Below, piece after piece: positions 58,216-64,000 of a stretch of DNA of 64,000 nucleotides. The translations under genes were made by a program, and so were the position numbers. Source of the DNA: Burkholderiales bacterium. Its GTDB lineage: Bacteria > Pseudomonadota > Gammaproteobacteria > Burkholderiales > Burkholderiaceae_C. Every line of letters starts with the position of its first letter. Position 1 is the first letter of the stretch. The stretch spans positions 5,224 through 69,223 of the forward strand of contig CANFPU010000005.1 of NCBI GenBank assembly GCA_947448955.1. The letters are read 5' to 3'. Below the pieces are notes generated by a model. It worked only from the letters and a program-made list of their open reading frames with translations. It was not told where the DNA came from and made no database searches.

Positions 58216-58875
58216 ATGCCCGAGCGCGATACCGCTGACGACGAGCACCACGATCACGACCATCCCGCGCCGGCCGCCGGCGCGCTGGGAATCCCGCGCA
58301 CCGGCGTCTTCGACGGCCCGGCTTTCGAGCGCGCGATCGCCGACCTGCTGAGCGCCTGCGGCGTGACGCCTGACAGCGCACACACTGGCAAGACGCCCAA
58401 GCGCGTCCGCGAACTGTGGGAGCGGCGCTTGTTGGGCGGCTACGCGCTCGACCCGGCCGAGGTGCTCGGTGAAGGATTTGCCGACCCGCGCCAGGACATG
58501 GTGGTGGTGCGCGGCATTGCGGTACATGGCGTCTGCCCGCACCACCTGGTGCCGTTTCGCGGCACCGCCCATGTGGGATATGTCCCCGGCGGGCGGCTGC
58601 ACGGTTTCGGCCGCATCGCCAGGCTGGTGGACGCGATCGGCCACCGCTTCACTTACCAGGAATGGATGACCCGCGACATCGCCGATGCGCTGGTCACCCA
58701 TGGCAAGGCCCAGGGCGCGGCCTGCGTGATCGAGGCCGAGCAACTGTGTCTGCTGCTGGGCGAAGATCGGCGTGGCGACGAGCGGGTCTACACCCAGGCA
58801 TTCGCCGGCTGCTTCACGCACGACGCGCCACTGCGCAGCGAATTCATGCAATCGATCGTCGGTCGCGCGCCTTGA
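58216..58875 (+). CDS. Divergent GTP cyclohydrolase I (FolE-like) protein
   Basis: TPKRV, DMVVV, CPHHLVPFRGTAHVGYVP, ARLVD, QE, IEAEQLC; several catalytic residues differ from FolE; GGAG RBS. Confidence 0.8.
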   Translation: MPERDTADDEHHDHDHPAPAAGALGIPRTGVFDGPAFERAIADLLSACGVTPDSAHTGKTPKRVRELWERRLLGGYALDPAEVLGEGFADPRQDMVVVRGIAVHGVCPHHLVPFRGTAHVGYVPGGRLHGFGRIARLVDAIGHRFTYQEWMTRDIADALVTHGKAQGAACVIEAEQLCLLLGEDRRGDERVYTQAFAGCFTHDAPLRSEFMQSIVGRAP

Positions 58876-59203
58876 GCTGCCCGCGCCGCGCGCGCGGCTG
58901 ACGCGATGGCCGCTCCGGCCTCCCGCGTGAAGGCCGCATGAAGTCGACCGATTCCCGGGGCGCGCGCAAGGGCAGCACCTGGGCGATGTCCTGGCCGGCA
59001 GGGGTGTAACGCCGCAGCGGTGGCTCGATGGCCTCGGCCAGAAAAACGGCACAGCCTGGCCACGCCGGAGTCCGCAGCGCTTCGTCAGCCCGAGGCAGCT
59101 GGCACTTACCGAAGACGCTTGAGGGTCAAGGCCGGTCATCGCGTGTGGCGACCGGCCACTGCGCCAGCGTGCTGCCTGGCAGCCGCTGCGGACGCTGTGT
59201 CCG

Positions 59204-59662
59204 CTAGGTCAGCCGAAGCTGCATAAAAACACTGTGCGGATCTGCAAGGTAATCGCCAAACGGACCGGACACCACAAAGCCGTGGTCGCGATACAAGTGA
59301 TGCGCTGCACCAAAGGCGGGATGGGACCCGGTTTCCAGACTGAGCGTGTCGTAGTTTCGACTGCGCGCCACGCCGATGATGTGCCACAGAATCGCCCGCC
59401 CCGCACCTTGTCGCCTGGCTGCCGCCGGCGTCCGCATCGACTTGATTTCGCCATGGGTCGACGAGAGTTCTTTCAACGCGCCGCAGCCCAGAAGGTCTAG
59501 GTCACGCCACGCCGTCCAGACCGTTATTTCTGGCACCTTCAGCTTTGACAGATCCAAAGCGAAGACCTGCTCAGGCGGAGACAACTCGAACATGTTGTCC
59601 AGATGCTCTTGGAGCAAGGCATGAACGGCGGGTCTGGAGAGATCGTCTATTTCGATGCGCAT
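59204..59662 (-). CDS. GNAT family N-acetyltransferase
   Basis: LLGCGALK, GEIKSMRT...RRQGAG, LSLETG, LYRDHGF. Confidence 0.9.
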   Translation of the reverse strand: MRIEIDDLSRPAVHALLQEHLDNMFELSPPEQVFALDLSKLKVPEITVWTAWRDLDLLGCGALKELSSTHGEIKSMRTPAAARRQGAGRAILWHIIGVARSRNYDTLSLETGSHPAFGAAHHLYRDHGFVVSGPFGDYLADPHSVFMQLRLT

Positions 59663-59827
59663 GGCGGCAGACGGCCTTGTTTCGTGACGCCCAAGCACTT
59701 GATTCGTGACCCCTGGCATCCGGCGGTCTTGGCAAGCAATGCCAGCACCGATCTGCGCACTGCGCCTGCGCTCAGCCGCGCCTGCTGACTGCGAGATGAC
59801 CGCCCATCATCGATGTGATGCGCCGAT

Positions 59828-61033
59828 TTAACCGGCAAAAACCACACCGGCACCGACCAGTCTCGCGACCTCGGCGGCCGGCAAACCCAGCAGCGCTTGC
59901 AGGATCTCGCCAGTGTGCTCGCCCAGTGCCGGCGCCGGCGTACGCACCGAGCCCGGGGTCTTGCTCAGCCGCACCGGCACATTGGCCATCATCACCTTGC
60001 CCGAGCGCGGGTGGTCCATCGTGATCAGCGCCTCACGCGCTGCCACCTGAGGATGGTCGACCACTTGGCCAATGTTGTTGACCGCGCCGACCGGAATACC
60101 GGCCTTCAGGAAGATCTGCTCCCATTCCGAATACTCACGCTCCAGCAACGCTTCCTGCACGATATCGATCAGCTCGATGCGGTGGGTCACGCGCAACCGA
60201 TTGCCGACGAAACGTTCGTCGGTGAGCAGGTCGGGGCGTCCGATCGCCGGGCAAAAGGCTTTCCAGAGCTTTTCGCTGCCCACGGCGATCGCCAGGTCGC
60301 GGGTCTTGGTGCGCAGTGTCTGGTAGGGCAGCAAAGCCTTGTAGGCCGTGCCCATCGGGGCCGGCATCTCGCGTTCAACACCATAGGACGCAATCATGGT
60401 GTTGAGCAGCCCGAGTTGGCCTTCCATCATCGACATGTCGATACGCTGGCCCTGGCCGGTCTTGTCCTTGACCCGCAGCGCCAACATGATCCCGAAAGCC
60501 GCATACATGCCGGCGGTCATGTCGGCGATCGAGGTGCCGCAGCGCACGCCGCTGCCGCCTTCCTCTCCAGTGATGCTGATCATGCCGCTTTCGGCCTGCA
60601 GGATCAGGTCCATCGCGGCCCGCTCACGGTAAGGACCGTCCTGACCAAAACCCGAAATCGAGGCATAGATGATGCCGGGATTGCGCGCACTGACCGCCTC
60701 ATAGCCGAGCCCGAGCTTTTCGAGCGCGCCAGGGCGGAAGTTCTCAAGCATCACATCCGCCTTCTCGATGACCTTCAGGAACAACTCCTTGCCTTCTGGG
60801 CTCTTGAGGTTGATCGACAGCCCGCGCTTGTTGCGGTGAAGCGAGACGAAATACGCCGACTCCGCCCCGCCCCCTTCGGTGGCGGCACCCCAGGCGCGCG
60901 AGATGTCGCCGCCGTCGGGCGATTCGAGCTTGTAGACCGTCGCGCCGTAATCGGCCAGCATGGTCGAGCAATGCGGGCCTGCGAGCGCGTGCGAGAGGTC
61001 AAGGACGACAACGTCTTCAAGGGGCATCTTCAT
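59828..61033 (-). CDS. Family III CoA-transferase (CaiB/BaiF)
   Basis: VLDLSHALAGP, HRNKR, ENFRPG, ISGFGQDGPY, IADMTAG, APALGEHT. Confidence 0.93.
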   Translation of the reverse strand: MKMPLEDVVVLDLSHALAGPHCSTMLADYGATVYKLESPDGGDISRAWGAATEGGGAESAYFVSLHRNKRGLSINLKSPEGKELFLKVIEKADVMLENFRPGALEKLGLGYEAVSARNPGIIYASISGFGQDGPYRERAAMDLILQAESGMISITGEEGGSGVRCGTSIADMTAGMYAAFGIMLALRVKDKTGQGQRIDMSMMEGQLGLLNTMIASYGVEREMPAPMGTAYKALLPYQTLRTKTRDLAIAVGSEKLWKAFCPAIGRPDLLTDERFVGNRLRVTHRIELIDIVQEALLEREYSEWEQIFLKAGIPVGAVNNIGQVVDHPQVAAREALITMDHPRSGKVMMANVPVRLSKTPGSVRTPAPALGEHTGEILQALLGLPAAEVARLVGAGVVFAG

Positions 61034-61219
61034 GGAGTGTCTCGGCTCGGTGGGTTTGTTGGAATCGGGTGTCTGGGTGTCGGAGTGCTGCACCCTGAGC
61101 ATACCGGGCGCAGCCTGCCGCAACGCACGGGGATTGCCCGGGTGGATCGGTCATCGCGGCGCTGAAATGCGGTTCAGCCCGTCGGCAGGCCATGCAGGCA
61201 ATCGCCCGGACCGAAGCGG

Positions 61220-63895
61220 TCAGGCGCGTTCGGCACCCTCGACCAATCGCTCCAGTGCGTCGAAGTCGAGCTGCTGAGCTGCCTGTTGCACCTCGGCGGC
61301 AAAGTCCTCGAATTCGGGCTGCTGTTGGGCGAGTTCCCGGCCCCATTGCGCCATGGCGGTGACGCGACCGCCGCGCACCAGCGCCAGCAATTCACCCAGC
61401 CGACCAGCATCCGGCCGGGCTTGGGCGCCGTGCTGGTGGATCGGCTCACCCGACGATCCACCCAAGGCGTCGCCAGCGGGTCGAACGGCAGCGGCCTCGG
61501 CATCGAAGTTGGACCGCAAGCGATGCAGCATGTCGGCCATCTGCGTCGCATCCATCGGCTTGCGGACGAAACCATCGAATTCGACATCGACTGCCAAATC
61601 GACGGGCCGAAACGGGTCCATCGCCGACATCAGCACGGTGGGCAGACGTGGGTGATGCTCACGAACGAAGCGCAGCACCGACCAGCCGTCGCCGTCTGGC
61701 ATGGCCTGGTCGACCAGCACCAAATTCCAGTCCTGCTCGTGACGCTTGAGCACGTCGACCAGCGCCTGGCCACTCCCGACGCCGTGCGCGGCATGCCCTT
61801 GCGCGCCGAGAAGATCGAGCACGTAGCGCAGCGCCGCCGGATCGTCGTCGGCCACCAGCACGCGCAAGTCCTGGCTGAGGCGCGGGCGCTGCTCGGGCAT
61901 CAGCCGATGCTCGGCAAGATGATCCGAGCGTGAGGACTGACGGGCGCGATCATCGACCATCGCGAGGGTTGGCGTGGCCAGCGGACGACACAAGATGTCC
62001 AAGCTGAATGCCGCGCCAGCGCCCAACTGGCTCGAGACGGTCAGGCTTCCGCCCATCAGCTGGGCCAGGTCGCGCGCGATCGACAGCCCCAGGCCCAGCC
62101 TGCTGGCGCGACGATCGGTGGATGTACTGGGCCGGCTCTGGTGGAATGGCTTGAAGATCTTGTCCAGATCGGCGGGCGCGATGCCCTCGCCTTCGTCGAT
62201 GACCGCGAACGACAAGCGCAAGTGCCCATCTGGCTGCGCCGGTCCGGCGCCGCAGCGCAGCAAGATCTGACCCTGGCGGGTGTGCCGGTTCGCGTTGGAC
62301 AACAGGTTGTCGAGAATCTGCCGCAGCCGAGGACCATCGGCCAGCACCGTCGTCGGCAACGGTTCGTCGACGACCAACCCGAAGGTGTTGCCGGCAGCCC
62401 TGGCCATCAGCTGAGCGGCGCGCTCAATCTCTGCCAGCCAGGGCCGCAGCGCGAGGGGCTTGACGTTGAGCGACAAGCGCCCGGCTTCGAGCTGCGACTG
62501 GTCGAGCAAGTCTTCGATCAGGTCTAGCAAGCGCAAGCCGCTGAGTTCGATGTCGGCACTGCCTTGCTTCAGTGTCAAGCCTGCGGCGCCACGGCCCAGC
62601 ATGCGCGCATAGCCGATGATCGTGTTCAGCGGCGCCCGCAGGTCGTGGCTGACACGCGCCAAGAATTCAGACTGCGTTCGCGACAGCTGCCGACTGGTCA
62701 AGAGTTGTGCATTGAGCCTGCGCGCCTGGTCAGTCAGCGCCAGCAGGATCAGTGGCGTGGTCAGCAGCAAGGCCCAAGTGACGCTGATTTCGCGGGCCAG
62801 CGCCGCGTCGAACATCCCCAGGCTGCCCGCCCAACGCAGGCCCTCCAGACCCCAGGCCAAGCCATAACCCAGCAGCACGTACAGCGCGCCCGTATGACCC
62901 AGACGCCAGTCCTTGACGAAGAAGGCAATCGACAGCACCGCGACGATGCCGCCCAGCCAGGCAAACACCCACACGCACAGCGTGTAGTCGGCAAAGCTGG
63001 CCAAAGCCAGCGCCGCGAAGGCCGTCGCGAAGCCCAAGAACGCCCGATCCCACCGCGGTTCACGCTGTCCAAGATCGAGCAGACTGCGCTGCAAGAAAAT
63101 CGCGCTGATCGAGGCGACAGCGGCCGCCACGACATAGACCTGCGCCGGCATCGCCCAGTCGGCGGGCCAAAGGATTTGCCCCCACACGCCCTCACGGCCC
63201 AAGACCCACATCGCGCAGCTCAGGTGCAAACAGGCGAAATAAAGGTAACTTCGATCCCGCACCTGGTTGAAGGCGAACAGCGAAATGAAGGCGGCGACCA
63301 GCGATCCACCGAACGCGGCGGCCAGCAGCATCAGCCGCGGCGTCTGCTCGGCGGTATACGCGGTCGGCTGCCAGAGCTGCGCATCCAGCGCGATGAGGGT
63401 TTGGCTGTGCACCCGCAGCAACACCTCCTGCTGCGCATGGGCCGCCAAGCGCAGCGGCAAAACCAGACCGATCGCGGCCACAGGTTGGCGGCTGCGTGGC
63501 ACGGCCATGCCCGTCTCGACACCCGTCCAACCGCCGCCGGGCTGCCGCTGAAACAGCGTCACTGATTCGAGCCTGGATCGATCCAACACCAGCCAGCGCT
63601 CGGCTGACGCCGCGTTTCGGTTGTGCAGGCTGGCGCGCAACCAGAAAACCCGACGGTCAAAAGAAGTTTTCAAGTCCGCCGGCACCACTGGGCGAAACGC
63701 GGCCGAACCTGCGGCGACCTCGTCGGGGCCAAGCGTGCCGGACGCATCGATCAGGATCTCCGCGTTGGCCGTGAAATCCAGGCTGGGCTCGGTGCCGACG
63801 GCAATCGGCGGCACGGCAGCCTGGGCCGATGCCAAACACAGCCCCAACAGTGCCAGCCAGCTCCGCCAACGCCAACGCGAACAACCAGCCCACAT
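61220..63895 (-). CDS. Hybrid sensor histidine kinase (7TMR-DISM extracellular + 7TM, HisKA, HATPase, REC)
   Basis: Signal peptide, FWLR periplasmic domain, 7 TM helices, VSHDLRAPL, NLLSNA, DEGEGI, GLGLSI, REC DDD...VDQAMP...K. Confidence 0.9.
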   Translation of the reverse strand: MWAGCSRWRWRSWLALLGLCLASAQAAVPPIAVGTEPSLDFTANAEILIDASGTLGPDEVAAGSAAFRPVVPADLKTSFDRRVFWLRASLHNRNAASAERWLVLDRSRLESVTLFQRQPGGGWTGVETGMAVPRSRQPVAAIGLVLPLRLAAHAQQEVLLRVHSQTLIALDAQLWQPTAYTAEQTPRLMLLAAAFGGSLVAAFISLFAFNQVRDRSYLYFACLHLSCAMWVLGREGVWGQILWPADWAMPAQVYVVAAAVASISAIFLQRSLLDLGQREPRWDRAFLGFATAFAALALASFADYTLCVWVFAWLGGIVAVLSIAFFVKDWRLGHTGALYVLLGYGLAWGLEGLRWAGSLGMFDAALAREISVTWALLLTTPLILLALTDQARRLNAQLLTSRQLSRTQSEFLARVSHDLRAPLNTIIGYARMLGRGAAGLTLKQGSADIELSGLRLLDLIEDLLDQSQLEAGRLSLNVKPLALRPWLAEIERAAQLMARAAGNTFGLVVDEPLPTTVLADGPRLRQILDNLLSNANRHTRQGQILLRCGAGPAQPDGHLRLSFAVIDEGEGIAPADLDKIFKPFHQSRPSTSTDRRASRLGLGLSIARDLAQLMGGSLTVSSQLGAGAAFSLDILCRPLATPTLAMVDDRARQSSRSDHLAEHRLMPEQRPRLSQDLRVLVADDDPAALRYVLDLLGAQGHAAHGVGSGQALVDVLKRHEQDWNLVLVDQAMPDGDGWSVLRFVREHHPRLPTVLMSAMDPFRPVDLAVDVEFDGFVRKPMDATQMADMLHRLRSNFDAEAAAVRPAGDALGGSSGEPIHQHGAQARPDAGRLGELLALVRGGRVTAMAQWGRELAQQQPEFEDFAAEVQQAAQQLDFDALERLVEGAERA

Positions 63896-64000
63896 CAGCG
63901 CGCCCGCACCTCGCCGTCATCGGCCTGGTTGCGTAGCTTTTGGCGGTATTCGCTGGGCGTGCCGCCAAAGCCATCGCGAAACGCGGTCGAGAAGTTCTGG
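63895..64000 (-). CDS. C-terminal end of an AraC-type HTH regulator (partial)
   Basis: Manual translation QNFSTAFRDGFGGTPSEYRQK...*; its TGA overlaps the kinase ATG, suggesting the cognate regulator. Confidence 0.75.
   Translation of the reverse strand, partial: QNFSTAFRDGFGGTPSEYRQKLRNQADDGEVRAR

Noticed and set aside
58876-59203. Gene remnant; one minus frame reads FLAEAIEPPLRRYTPAGQDIAQVLPLRAPRESVDFM
   Set aside because: Protein-like but with no recognisable motif or clear start; BLASTX would be needed.

Overview
High-GC chromosomal segment, most likely from a Burkholderiales bacterium (inferred from gene content such as lplT-alr-radA, ilvE, purU and cytochrome c5, not from a search). 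It holds about 55 genes, mostly housekeeping, transport and catabolic, plus tRNA-Arg(CCG), a vapBC toxin-antitoxin pair and an egtB-egtD ergothioneine pair. I saw no integrase, transposase, prophage or CRISPR array. The best candidate for an undescribed system is a lower-GC, minus-strand three-gene operon at 36218-41529. It encodes an ABC exporter with a C-terminal cyclic-nucleotide-binding domain, a fusion of an ATP-grasp ligase with a fold-III PLP decarboxylase, and a transglutaminase-like Cys-His-Asp protein. A possible 34-aa Cys-containing small ORF follows it. The second candidate is a divergent GTP cyclohydrolase I homologue (His179-equivalent is Gln) next to an RlmN-family radical-SAM paralogue. 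All calls come from motif reading by eye; no searches were run, and start codons are best guesses.
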